From: a virus
Direction: 5' to 3' (one strand)
DNA: 64,000 nucleotides
Virus record (IMG/VR): IMGVR_UViG_3300021964_007043
Part shown: positions 46,320 to 55,285 of the stretch, one piece after another
How the letters are laid out: each line of letters begins with the position of its first letter
How positions within the stretch are numbered: the stretch's first letter is position 1
Program-made: the position numbers and the translations under genes
The notes under the pieces: model-generated
The model's input: the letters and a program-made list of their open reading frames with translations, nothing else
What the model was told of the DNA's origin: nothing
Databases searched by the model: none

Positions 46320-46663
46320 AGTCTATAGTTTCCTTTCTCTGGTATAACGTGACGCACCCCGCCACGAGGATCATCCATATCACCTTTACGGCGTGGAATC
46401 AAATGTACATGAGGCCACATAACAGTTTGTCCTGCTTCTTCGCCTACATTTTGTCCGATGTTGTAACTATCACAATAACCCTTTTGAACCCAGTCATAGC
46501 CCCAAGCATAAGCTGCTTTATAGCATTTAGCCAAGTGATCCCAATCTTCCACCTTAGGCACAAAAAGAACATGGCCTTCGGTAACTGGAAAACCATCTTT
46601 AAAAACTGTATATTCTCTTGTATCAACTAAAACGTCCTTCCAAGGTATTTCATTAAATGTCAT
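46277..46663 (-). CDS. HIT-family nucleotide hydrolase
   Basis: D.FPVT.GH.LFVP, NIG.N.G..AGQTV..PHVHLIPRR.GD. Confidence 0.95.
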   Translation of the reverse strand: MTFNEIPWKDVLVDTREYTVFKDGFPVTEGHVLFVPKVEDWDHLAKCYKAAYAWGYDWVQKGYCDSYNIGQNVGEEAGQTVMWPHVHLIPRRKGDMDDPRGGVRHVIPEKGNYRLWHVDAEDRQPENA

Positions 46664-46839
46664 TTTCTTTTGCCTTGCATTTCTTTTTTAGCTCTTGCAA
46701 GTGTTTTTTGCTTTCTTGTGATTTCTTCTCGAAAGTTAATACATGCTTGCATCTTTACTCCGTCTTTATACATTTGCTCAAGTTCAGCTTTTTTACGAGC
46801 TATAGTTTTTTCTAAAGCTTCAATATATTCTTTGTTCAT
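46660..46839 (-). CDS. Small hypothetical coiled-coil protein
   Basis: Start MNKEY at 46839, ATGA-coupled to the PRTase gene. Confidence 0.6.
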   Translation of the reverse strand: MNKEYIEALEKTIARKKAELEQMYKDGVKMQACINFREEITRKQKTLARAKKEMQGKRK

Positions 46840-47396
46840 TGTCCTACATTCTCCCATGGGTAAACTAACCATACATCTTCTTCTGCTTTGTTTACTTCGT
46901 GTGTAGTGTAGTCTACTTTACCGTTAAACTCGCTTGACAAGTTATCTGTAATAGTAGCAAACCGAACGTTACGATGCCAAACACTTTCCCAAGCCTTATC
47001 TTCATTTGGCAAGCATGTACTGCGCCAATCTTCTTTGATCCAGTTAAATGTAGCACCAGTGTCGTTAATGTCATCTACAACGAGAATGTTTTTACGTTTA
47101 CTAATATCCCAACGAGTTTTAAACAAGTCTCGTTGTTCTTCGTCAACATAACCAAATGCATCTTCGCTCATCCAACAGTTAGATTCACTTTCACCGCCTT
47201 GATTGTCCCTTAAACTTACTTTAAGGGCATCGCCACGTACACCTAACATATTGCTAAGGATAGTAGCTGGTACATTGCCGCCACGTGTAATACCTACAAT
47301 GTAGTCAGGACGCCAGTTATCTTTATACATTTGCAATGCAATGTTTAGGCAAGCACGTTCAATGTCTTGCCACGAATAATAATGTTTCTTAATCAT
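46836..47396 (-). CDS. Type I phosphoribosyltransferase (purine/XGPRT-like)
   Basis: IVGITRGG.VPA, PRPP-binding ILVVDDINDTGAT, WLVYPWE. Confidence 0.9.
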   Translation of the reverse strand: MIKKHYYSWQDIERACLNIALQMYKDNWRPDYIVGITRGGNVPATILSNMLGVRGDALKVSLRDNQGGESESNCWMSEDAFGYVDEEQRDLFKTRWDISKRKNILVVDDINDTGATFNWIKEDWRSTCLPNEDKAWESVWHRNVRFATITDNLSSEFNGKVDYTTHEVNKAEEDVWLVYPWENVGQ

Positions 47397-47830
47397 TGTT
47401 CATATTTCTCTTTTAGATATTGTTCATTTTGAACCCACTCGCCTTTGCGAATGAATCCCCATTCTCTTATTTTAGGACCTGGTATAAAGAGTGTCCAAGC
47501 ATCAACACCAGGCTCAAGCTCAATCCGATGCAAACTACTTGGAGTACTAATTCTGATGTGTCCCGGTGCTCTCCAAAAGCGTCCTCGGGGAGTATGCTCC
47601 CAATACCCGCCACGCAAAATGATAGTAAGATAAGGCCAAGGGTGATCGTGTAAATCATCTAAATCTCCTTTGTGAAAATTGTGTAGAAACACGTTAAACG
47701 GAAACCATTTACGGTTTTTTAAGAAAAGATAATAGCGAGTTAAGTACGGCTCGTTTTCATAACGGTCCATAATTACTCGCTTGCGTCCTAGCTTGTCTAA
47801 CCAGGATAAAAATTTAGAACGGAATGTCAT
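47393..47830 (-). CDS. Cupin-fold hypothetical protein
   Basis: LHNFH..D..LHDHPW...GGY.E...LHRIEL. Confidence 0.55.
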   Translation of the reverse strand: MTFRSKFLSWLDKLGRKRVIMDRYENEPYLTRYYLFLKNRKWFPFNVFLHNFHKGDLDDLHDHPWPYLTIILRGGYWEHTPRGRFWRAPGHIRISTPSSLHRIELEPGVDAWTLFIPGPKIREWGFIRKGEWVQNEQYLKEKYEQ

Positions 47831-48194
47831 CGTCTAAGCCTCTTTCTTTTAGTTTGCCTTTGTAGTCTTGTTCAGTCATTTTGTATATTGTTTTGAAGTT
47901 TTCGTATGCCTTTGCAAGTGCAGGATATTCTTCGCACATATTATTAACACGATCTAAACTAGGCATAGTATCTACAAATGGAACACTACCAAATGTAATG
48001 TTACTGATATCAAAAGTATCATCACTTACATAATCGTTTATGTCAATAGTAACTGTATCTGCAGGATCACTGATAGTAAATGTATCTGCTGTTGTTATCA
48101 TAGTGTCGAATGTAATATTAGGGGATTCATTAGAATGCCAAATAGTATCACCAACACTAATAGTAAAGGTATCATCTTTCTTTGATTGCGTCAT
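47814..48194 (-). CDS. Hypothetical phage protein
   Basis: 126 aa, Thr/Asp-rich N-terminus. Confidence 0.7.
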   Translation of the reverse strand: MTQSKKDDTFTISVGDTIWHSNESPNITFDTMITTADTFTISDPADTVTIDINDYVSDDTFDISNITFGSVPFVDTMPSLDRVNNMCEEYPALAKAYENFKTIYKMTEQDYKGKLKERGLDDDIPF

Positions 48195-49230
48195 ACAATG
48201 CTGCTCCTGAAAAAAATTCTTTGTTTAGTTTAGTACGTTGCTTCTCAAGGCTTACTAAGAAATCGTCATAGTTTTCCATGTACTCACGTATTTGTGCAAC
48301 TACTTTATTTCTATGCTGTCTGTAACTTGTAAAGTCTTCAGTCCACACACTTGGATACTTAAACTCGGGTAGTGCCATCTCTGAATAACTTAATCTATCA
48401 GGAACCATAGGAATAGCATTTACAAGAGCACCTTCATACCAACTAATGCCCAGTGTCTCTTGTAGGTTAGCACTAAACACAAGTTTTGCTTCACCTAACA
48501 AGTTATGGTATTCATTTTTAGTAAGTTCACGTTCTTGACAGATAACAAACTCGTACTCAGGAAGTTGCTCTGCTAGATCACGGAAAATATCAACTTGTTT
48601 TTCAGGAGCAACACGATGCGGAAAGAGAATAAGATCTCGTTTTTCCATACCTTTATAGCTATCTAAACTGTTCTTTAGATACTCCATGGGCCAACCTACA
48701 CGATGTATTCTATTCCAGTCAACTGCATAATCTTCGTCAAATACATCTGTAAACATATCAATATGGAAATCACTTGCAAAGAAGTTGTCATCGTAACATT
48801 CAAACATTGACATCTCAGCATGTCTGACCCAAGGTTTGCTACCTATTAGTCTGCCCAAGAAATCTTGTGGGTCATAACTACCAGCATGCCAGAGGCCACC
48901 AATGCTAACATTAACACCAAGTAACTCTGCCATGTAGCGTAGTTGTATAACTGTAGGATTCCAGGCATCGGTATACAAAAAATAATCGCCGTTCTTAACT
49001 TCACCATTGCAGAACATTTCTCCAATCTGTTCTAGTTGTTTTGACTTATAAACATTTGTACCACCGAAGTTAAGAAAAGCCCCAGGCGTAGTAGCCTGAG
49101 GCGTTTCTCCTCCACTAATAACTACAACTTCTTTATTCGTAGCCCGTTGCAGTTGCTTTGGAAGATAGTCCTTCCATTGTTTAGTGTAACGTGTATCAAC
49201 TGCTTCGATGTCTACGATATAGATAGTCAT
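48172..49230 (-). CDS. GT-B (GT4-like) glycosyltransferase, resembling the DUF3524/GTDC1 (QTMAN) type
   Basis: FPHR.APEKQ, EY..LL..A.LVFSA..QET.GI...EG, P.VPDRLSYSEM. Confidence 0.8.
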   Translation of the reverse strand: MTIYIVDIEAVDTRYTKQWKDYLPKQLQRATNKEVVVISGGETPQATTPGAFLNFGGTNVYKSKQLEQIGEMFCNGEVKNGDYFLYTDAWNPTVIQLRYMAELLGVNVSIGGLWHAGSYDPQDFLGRLIGSKPWVRHAEMSMFECYDDNFFASDFHIDMFTDVFDEDYAVDWNRIHRVGWPMEYLKNSLDSYKGMEKRDLILFPHRVAPEKQVDIFRDLAEQLPEYEFVICQERELTKNEYHNLLGEAKLVFSANLQETLGISWYEGALVNAIPMVPDRLSYSEMALPEFKYPSVWTEDFTSYRQHRNKVVAQIREYMENYDDFLVSLEKQRTKLNKEFFSGAALYDAIKER

Positions 49231-49443
49231 TTAGTTTCTCCGATTGTTAAATTTCCTTCCGGCAGTTCGAGCTTTTGCTCGTAGCCAACCTTGGTACTTT
49301 TGATAGGCTTGCCATCTTGGCGAATCCTTTTTAAAAAGGTCTGCTTCATCAAAGACCTTACCTTCAAAGCGACAGTAGTCGCGGTACTTATCCAAGTCGT
49401 TAAAGACTTTATTATATGCTTCTCGATTAAACTCGATTGCCAT
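49231..49443 (-). CDS. Hypothetical phage protein
   Basis: Start MAIEF at 49443 after a GAGG RBS. Confidence 0.7.
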   Translation of the reverse strand: MAIEFNREAYNKVFNDLDKYRDYCRFEGKVFDEADLFKKDSPRWQAYQKYQGWLRAKARTAGRKFNNRRN

Positions 49444-49459
49444 TTTAGGTTCCTCTGCA

Positions 49460-49930
49460 TTAAAGTTGCGGTTTAGGATAAAAGATTGAACAGCCATTTT
49501 CGCCATCTTCGGCTACATCAATTTCAACAAAGCGGCCGGGATACTTTGCAGAAATAGCTTCATAGAGATCATCTGCGATCATCTCACATGATTTATGATT
49601 AAGTTCTAGTACACCTTCTACATCATAAAGACGCTCCATCCAACGTTTAAACTGAATAAACTCAATGTCACGATCATTATGAAATACCTGAATACGTACT
49701 TTGAAGTGAAAGATATGACGATGTGGAATGCCAAGGAATGATACATCATCCCAATCGCCTGTTGCTAGTTTAGGATCTTTGTCAGCACCTGGATACATAT
49801 GCACACCTTCTTTGCGGAAGGTTACCCAAATACTACGATCTGCTTTACTCATTACATTGTCTTGAGCCATTTTAAAATCTTCTTCTTTCATTCTACGTTT
49901 CATATAAGTTTCGTAACGTTCTTGTTCCAT
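49460..49930 (-). CDS. queD: 6-carboxy-tetrahydropterin synthase-like (QueD/PTPS T-fold) protein
   Basis: EG.H.YP, HRHIFHFKV, DIEF, SCEMIA, V.EDGENG. Near folE, queE and dpdA. Confidence 0.7.
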   Translation of the reverse strand: MEQERYETYMKRRMKEEDFKMAQDNVMSKADRSIWVTFRKEGVHMYPGADKDPKLATGDWDDVSFLGIPHRHIFHFKVRIQVFHNDRDIEFIQFKRWMERLYDVEGVLELNHKSCEMIADDLYEAISAKYPGRFVEIDVAEDGENGCSIFYPKPQL

Positions 49931-49939
49931 TGTTTTTAT

Positions 49940-49968
49940 AGTATACTTTCATTCAATAACTTTGTCAA
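49940..49968 (-). promoter_or_regulatory. Sigma70-type promoter for queD and the glycosyltransferase
   Basis: TTGACA (49968-63), N17, TATACT (49945-40). ATG lies 9 nt downstream. Confidence 0.7.
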
Positions 49969-50482
49969 GCCCATATTTGCCCCAATCTGTAAACTTTTCT
50001 CTGTCCATTAGATCGTGTAAACTATGACACCAAACACCAGGATTAGTTGCCTTAAAGTCTTTATCATCAATCTTCAACATTGTGTTGTAGTTCCACAGTT
50101 TTGCATAAGGCAATGGAATGCGTAGTTGTGGGATAAAGTTGTCGTATTCGATCAATGGTGATTCTAAAAATGCTTCTGCAAGTGAAATGGGAATATCTAA
50201 ACTACACAGTTTGCCTGCTGTTAAAAATGCTTTGATCATATTGTCCCAAGGATCCCATTGATCATTATCTTCTGGAAAGTTTACACCTGGATTAAAACTA
50301 TGATTAGCACCAAAGAAGATATGTTCGCATTGTTCTTCATCGTAATGTTTTTGAATAACATCACAAGGTTGTACACCTGTAACAAATAATGTTTTTAATC
50401 CAAATGCAGGAGTCTTTTCTACTTCTACGCCTATGAAGAAAACTGCATCATCTGCTACACCAGTTTCATAATCACGCTTCAT
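49949..50482 (-). CDS. Hypothetical protein in the deazaguanine gene neighbourhood
   Basis: 177-aa intact ORF; function not recognised. Confidence 0.75.
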   Translation of the reverse strand: MKRDYETGVADDAVFFIGVEVEKTPAFGLKTLFVTGVQPCDVIQKHYDEEQCEHIFFGANHSFNPGVNFPEDNDQWDPWDNMIKAFLTAGKLCSLDIPISLAEAFLESPLIEYDNFIPQLRIPLPYAKLWNYNTMLKIDDKDFKATNPGVWCHSLHDLMDREKFTDWGKYGLDKVIE

Positions 50483-51074
50483 ACTGTGCCTCTACAAAAA
50501 ACATTTTTGTTCGATTAAGGTTTGCAATGTTTTCCATTTCATTCATATACTTGTCAGTAATACGGAACTGATAGGAACCATTTTCTTGTAGTTCTAAATA
50601 AGCCCACATACCTTCTCCTCTAATATAAGAAAAGTCATGTCCGGAGTTCTGCACAAGAACATTTCGACAATGGCTCCATGCTTCTTTAAGTTTCGTTTGG
50701 ATTGTATCGTCAGTAAAGTCATGTACTTTCGCACTTACAACAATGTTATCGCCTGTAAGTTCGTTTACTTTATGTTTAACTCTGTACTGACGTTGTACTT
50801 TGTCAAACATATTATTACCAGCTTGCCAATCTTCTTGAACAATGTCTTGTGGTAACATTGCACCTACTGTATGTCCGCTTCCGCTATCAACTTTACGAGT
50901 TTTGACTTCAATACCTAACTTTTGCAAATCAATACCTTTGCCTCTGTTAACAGAGTATCCGTTATCTTCAAGCTGATCTTCAACCCATCGGCCGATATTA
51001 CCACCGCATTCTTTTAGAGGAATCACAGTTCCGACTTCGATTGCTTTGTTTAGTTTAACTACATTTAATGTCAT
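50472..51074 (-). CDS. Putative PD-(D/E)xK restriction-like endonuclease (MutH/Sau3AI/NaeI-like core)
   Basis: IGRWVE..L...G...N.G.GIDL...GIEVKT. Confidence 0.5.
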   Translation of the reverse strand: MTLNVVKLNKAIEVGTVIPLKECGGNIGRWVEDQLEDNGYSVNRGKGIDLQKLGIEVKTRKVDSGSGHTVGAMLPQDIVQEDWQAGNNMFDKVQRQYRVKHKVNELTGDNIVVSAKVHDFTDDTIQTKLKEAWSHCRNVLVQNSGHDFSYIRGEGMWAYLELQENGSYQFRITDKYMNEMENIANLNRTKMFFVEAQYEA

Positions 51075-51274
51075 CCTAGTGCCTTTAGTTCTGTTTCTAA
51101 TCTGTGTATTTCATCTTTGAGCCATAGCTTTTGAGTTTTCTTACGGTTAATAGCACCGTCATCTGCAAACTTAGTATACATGTCTTTTACTTCTTCGTCA
51201 AGTGCTCTGTGCTTGCGATAAAGTTCTTGCAGGTGTGTAGCAAGTTTATTGTGTTTCTCCGTGAAGTTGCTCAT
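51071..51274 (-). CDS. DUF465 (YdcH-like) small protein
   Basis: L..L..KH..LD.EV...K..KL.LKDEI..L. Confidence 0.75.
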   Translation of the reverse strand: MSNFTEKHNKLATHLQELYRKHRALDEEVKDMYTKFADDGAINRKKTQKLWLKDEIHRLETELKALG

Positions 51275-52796
51275 CTTCTAGTTCCTCAAGTTTTTGTATT
51301 TGTGCTTCAGTAAACTCTTCCGAATCTACTTCTACTTCTTCTACATCAAATAGTTCAGCAAACTTAGGTCTAGCACTAACAATCTTTTTGCCAGTATAAC
51401 CGCGTGTGCCTCTGATACTCATAAAGAACTTTTCGTGTTCTTTAATAACTGCAAGTGAATCTTCTAGCGTAGTCTTTGAGAATATTTCTTCCACAACATC
51501 TCTAAATAGAACCCTGTCAAATCGCTCTTGTACAAGCATTTTCGGAATAACTCCATTGTCGTATTGTCTGTTCGCTTCTTGAACTGCATTAATGTGACTC
51601 CACACGTTATGACCCATTTGGATCGCATATGAAAAACTATCCCATGATGTTTTTCCTTCTTTACCTATTTTATTTAGATCTCCGGGAGCATATGTACAAA
51701 CGTCTGATACTTTGAGTTCGGCAGTGATGGGACTGTCTTCAAAGTTTTTAAATACCCCATCTGATACAGTAGCATCTCTAAACAGACGGGTGTCTGTAGC
51801 ATATTTTTTATCGTCAACTGACGGCACCATTCGATATGTCCATTTCGACCTGTCCGTAGTTTCATTCTGTATGTATACCTGTCCGTTTGCGGTTGCAAGG
51901 AAAGGACTAGCACAGTCAAAAGTGATAGTGAAGTTTTCATTATAATACTTCCTTACTGCTCGTTGAATGTCTGTTAACAACAATGCCCATTCGAGTTTTG
52001 AAGTACCCAAGAAGTGCATTACATCGTGTACACCTTTTTGTAGCAAGCCGTCGTAGTGTAGTGTTACAATACGTCTTAGTGCAAGCTCTAGGTCACACAT
52101 GTTTTGTCCACCCATTGACCAGCCATTAAAATGATTATCGGGATACTTAACTGGATCACAAAAGTCTTTCATCTGCTCGTACCAGTCATCTGCTTCCACA
52201 TGGTTTTCGCCTTGTAGTACGTTTAAGAACTTACAAGCACCAGTACGATGTTTCATAAAGTATTCATTGTTAATACGTGTTGCTTCTACTGCTTCTTGGT
52301 ATGTTGAAATGCCTGTTGCTTTTGCGCCTTCTGGGCTACGTGCAACCCATGCTGGAATATCAAGGATCATACCATAGTCCATATAAGCATCCATCCAACG
52401 TAACACACCATCACGTTTCTTTTGTGCTTTTGGACAGTTAAGATCCTTCCAATCACCTTCCCAAACGCCTTTACCAATCTGGAAGCCGCCTGAGTCGCCT
52501 AGTAGCCAAGTGTTCTCTCTATCTCTGTTACGCACCATATCTTCTTTTGGAACAAACTTAGTTGTGTCTAAGTCAGCGTGTCCTGCAGAGTATAGAGTCC
52601 ATTTGTAAGTAAATGCACCTTCTTGTGCATTAAGATAGTTTAAACTCTCAACACCATTAGCAAAGTTGCTTGGAATACGATTTTTGTCTACGTATTCATC
52701 ATGACGCTGTTTACCAACGTAAGTGGCATAGAAGCCACTTAACGCTGGAAGAAAAACAGCATAGTCATTTTGTGTTGCAGTTAAATCTCTGTTCAT
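51246..52796 (-). CDS. dpdA: TGT-family DNA 7-deazaguanine transglycosylase (DpdA-like)
   Basis: GDSGGFQ, ILDIP, NVLQG, W.MGG, HFLG, TFDCAS and HN catalytic motifs. folE, queD and queE are in the same region. Confidence 0.8.
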   Translation of the reverse strand: MNRDLTATQNDYAVFLPALSGFYATYVGKQRHDEYVDKNRIPSNFANGVESLNYLNAQEGAFTYKWTLYSAGHADLDTTKFVPKEDMVRNRDRENTWLLGDSGGFQIGKGVWEGDWKDLNCPKAQKKRDGVLRWMDAYMDYGMILDIPAWVARSPEGAKATGISTYQEAVEATRINNEYFMKHRTGACKFLNVLQGENHVEADDWYEQMKDFCDPVKYPDNHFNGWSMGGQNMCDLELALRRIVTLHYDGLLQKGVHDVMHFLGTSKLEWALLLTDIQRAVRKYYNENFTITFDCASPFLATANGQVYIQNETTDRSKWTYRMVPSVDDKKYATDTRLFRDATVSDGVFKNFEDSPITAELKVSDVCTYAPGDLNKIGKEGKTSWDSFSYAIQMGHNVWSHINAVQEANRQYDNGVIPKMLVQERFDRVLFRDVVEEIFSKTTLEDSLAVIKEHEKFFMSIRGTRGYTGKKIVSARPKFAELFDVEEVEVDSEEFTEAQIQKLEELEDEQLHGETQ

Positions 52797-53536
52797 TACT
52801 TGCTCTGTGCTGGTAGAATGTAGTCGTACTTTACTAGTCCTGAATCAACAGTGATCTGCATAGCACCTTGATCTGAAATACTCATTGTAACATCACCGTC
52901 CAAGTTAAGAATTGCTTGAACTTGCGCTACCGGCCAACTCCAAGTATGTGTAAGTGTACCTTCTACATTTGTTTCAAATACAAACTTACCTGCGTGTGTG
53001 CTTGCATCACCAAAGCTAAACACTAGATCGTTAACACCGCCAGTTTCAGCAGTAGTAACATTAAATGTAGGCTCTTCTGAATGTGCTGCCGCTTGCAACT
53101 TCAAACGTCCAATAGCACCAATGCTAGGTTGCAGTTTTACATTCCATGCTGCACCTTTAAACTTAACTGTTTTAAGTTTTTCTTCGATAATCGCTTTGTT
53201 CATAAAACGATAGTCGTTTTGGAAATCACCAGCATCATTTTCAAAGTGAATGTGTGTTGGAACAGTTTCGCCATTACGCTCTGCTTCAACTACATTAATC
53301 TTTGCATCTTTTTGATACTCCGGATTCTTTAAGTGTAACGCTAACTTGTCTAAGTTAGGCATACCAAATGTGCCTTTAAACTCAGCAACAGGTGCATGTG
53401 CAGTTGCGCTCAAAATAACTGAACGATCTTCTGCCATAGCATCAATCTGTGTGCCTTCGTCGTTGCTTACTTTTACTAAGCTAAGGAAGCCAAGTGCGTG
53501 TGTGTGAGCAACTACGTCTTGTAAGATATCTTTCAT
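52796..53536 (-). CDS. Putative DNA polymerase sliding clamp
   Basis: 246 aa with a two-domain beta-rich pattern ending in YDYILPA; in a replication module. Confidence 0.5.
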   Translation of the reverse strand: MKDILQDVVAHTHALGFLSLVKVSNDEGTQIDAMAEDRSVILSATAHAPVAEFKGTFGMPNLDKLALHLKNPEYQKDAKINVVEAERNGETVPTHIHFENDAGDFQNDYRFMNKAIIEEKLKTVKFKGAAWNVKLQPSIGAIGRLKLQAAAHSEEPTFNVTTAETGGVNDLVFSFGDASTHAGKFVFETNVEGTLTHTWSWPVAQVQAILNLDGDVTMSISDQGAMQITVDSGLVKYDYILPAQSK

Positions 53537-54297
53537 ACTGTTTCTCCATTGAATAAGTTTATTATATTATCTTTGCCTTTGTTTGTCAAGAAGTTTTCTA
53601 CTGAGTATTTAGGTTTAAAGCCTAGTGCTTTCATTTTTTCTATGTTAGCACAAGTCCAACTTCTCTCTCCTGGGGTATTTAGACGGACAGGTAAGTCCGG
53701 CGCCAAGTCTTGGATCTTTACAGGATTGCCTGTTCCGATATCAACTACACCCTTGACATGTGTAGCGTTGATTAGTATTTCTATTGCATCTAGTATGTCG
53801 TTTAGATGTATAAAATCTCTATAGTGCCTAGTTACATATTCTAGTTTACCATTTAATAGTTTGTTAAAGAACATATTTTCTCTGGGACATTTTTCTGAAT
53901 ACACTGTATGGAAACGCATACCCAGTGTATTTGGATAACGTTCTGCAAGTTCTTCCAAACAAAACTTACTAGCCGCATAAGGATTTAGATCGGGTTCGTA
54001 TGCGCTCGAACTACTCGCATATAGTATGCGTGTATCTGCATAACGTTCAAATAGTTTACGACTTGCTTCTACATTATTAAACCAATAAGAACTAGGATCA
54101 CTTAGGCTTTCACGTACACCGCTTTTACCTGCAAGATGAATAACAAGATCTACTTCACGCCATCGATCAAATGTAAGTAAATCTTGTCCGTCTTTTAAGT
54201 CTATACCGTGTACCGCTTGTACATCGTTACGTAAACTCAATCTATCGTATAAAGCACTTCCTACGAAGCCTTTATTTCCCGTAATCAGTATATGCAC
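53533..54297 (-). CDS. NAD-dependent epimerase/dehydratase (extended SDR)
   Basis: ILITGNKGFVG, IHLAG, ASSSS, YAASK, RF.TVY, RDFIH. Confidence 0.9.
   Translation of the reverse strand: MHILITGNKGFVGSALYDRLSLRNDVQAVHGIDLKDGQDLLTFDRWREVDLVIHLAGKSGVRESLSDPSSYWFNNVEASRKLFERYADTRILYASSSSAYEPDLNPYAASKFCLEELAERYPNTLGMRFHTVYSEKCPRENMFFNKLLNGKLEYVTRHYRDFIHLNDILDAIEILINATHVKGVVDIGTGNPVKIQDLAPDLPVRLNTPGERSWTCANIEKMKALGFKPKYSVENFLTNKGKDNIINLFNGETV
53561..53589 (-). promoter_or_regulatory. Internal sigma70 promoter for the clamp-dpdA operon
   Basis: TTGACA (53589-84), N17, TATAAT (53566-61), GGAG RBS. Confidence 0.75.
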
Positions 54298-54979
54298 GTA
54301 GTCTCTCCCAGGTATCCATCCAATCTTTCACATGATAGGCCATGCCGTATTTGATAATACTTCCTAAAGGATAGTCGTTTCCAGCTGGATCCATTCTATC
54401 ACCAAAAAAGTTTATCCATTCATATTTTGTAAAGTCATTGATTATTTGACTTTTATTTGCACCTTCGGGTGCAATATCTATTCCTGTTTCGCCACCAGGC
54501 CTTGCTTCTAGTTCTTTAAATAGTTTATTAAAGTTATGTGAAATAACTTCTCGTTCGTTATGCTCTGTATCCCATTCAACATATAGCTTACGTTCGCCTA
54601 GTGTAGCGTTACGTCCTACTATACTAAAGTTTACTAATCCGGGCCTATGTTCAAAGTGTAACCCAGTACGCAACGGAAATGCACTTGCAGTTAGTTGTTC
54701 ACTTAACCATTCGTGTGCATCTTCTGGCAGTGTCCATTCATTTGTGCGAACATTTACACCTTTTTCCCAAACATCATTGCCTGAACAGTTATAGATGCGC
54801 TTTACTTTGTTGCATATTTCGGGACCTAACTGCTCAAGAGTTTTTGCGTAGTCGCTACCAGTTACAAGATATACAGCATGTTCGTCACAAAAGTGTTTAA
54901 AGTACTCTCTAAACTGAGGAACTATTTCTTGTCTACTTGGCGTTAGTGTGCCGTCTACATCAAATATAAAGTTATCCAT
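54272..54979 (-). CDS. HAD-IIB phosphomannomutase-like (eukaryote-type PMM) protein
   Basis: FDVDGTLT, VTGSD, E.R.G..NFS..GR, GG..GIDI.P.G..K, FFGD.....GNDY. Start ATG 54979. Confidence 0.8.
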   Translation of the reverse strand: MDNFIFDVDGTLTPSRQEIVPQFREYFKHFCDEHAVYLVTGSDYAKTLEQLGPEICNKVKRIYNCSGNDVWEKGVNVRTNEWTLPEDAHEWLSEQLTASAFPLRTGLHFEHRPGLVNFSIVGRNATLGERKLYVEWDTEHNEREVISHNFNKLFKELEARPGGETGIDIAPEGANKSQIINDFTKYEWINFFGDRMDPAGNDYPLGSIIKYGMAYHVKDWMDTWERLRAYTDYGK

Positions 54980-55136
54980 TTGATTCCTTGCAATACGCAA
55001 TTTCATTTTGCGTAAACTTTTCGGTTAGGTTATACCATTCGACATAACACTCATGCTTAGTGTCAAACTCTGCATAGCGTGTTACTTTAGGTTCTTCTAA
55101 TCCAACAACTGTGCTAATAACAAATAATGCCCACAT
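54972..55136 (-). CDS. Small hypothetical protein
   Basis: MWALFVI... start at 55136, TAATG-coupled. Confidence 0.6.
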   Translation of the reverse strand: MWALFVISTVVGLEEPKVTRYAEFDTKHECYVEWYNLTEKFTQNEIAYCKESNG

Positions 55137-55285
55137 TATGGATTCTCCTTGATCCAAACACATTCTGAAATATCTTCTGGTGTTGTATACATACGCTTAC
55201 ATTCTTCATAAGGGTGTGTAAGTGTTACTAGTAAACCACCTAATACAAACCCTGCTAAGAATGTTATCGTTAATGTAAGTTTCAT
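55136..55285 (-). CDS. Small membrane protein (49 aa; absent from the ORF track)
   Basis: MKLTLTITFLAGFVLGGLLVTL...; AGGAG RBS; coupled at both ends. Confidence 0.6.
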   Translation of the reverse strand: MKLTLTITFLAGFVLGGLLVTLTHPYEECKRMYTTPEDISECVWIKENP

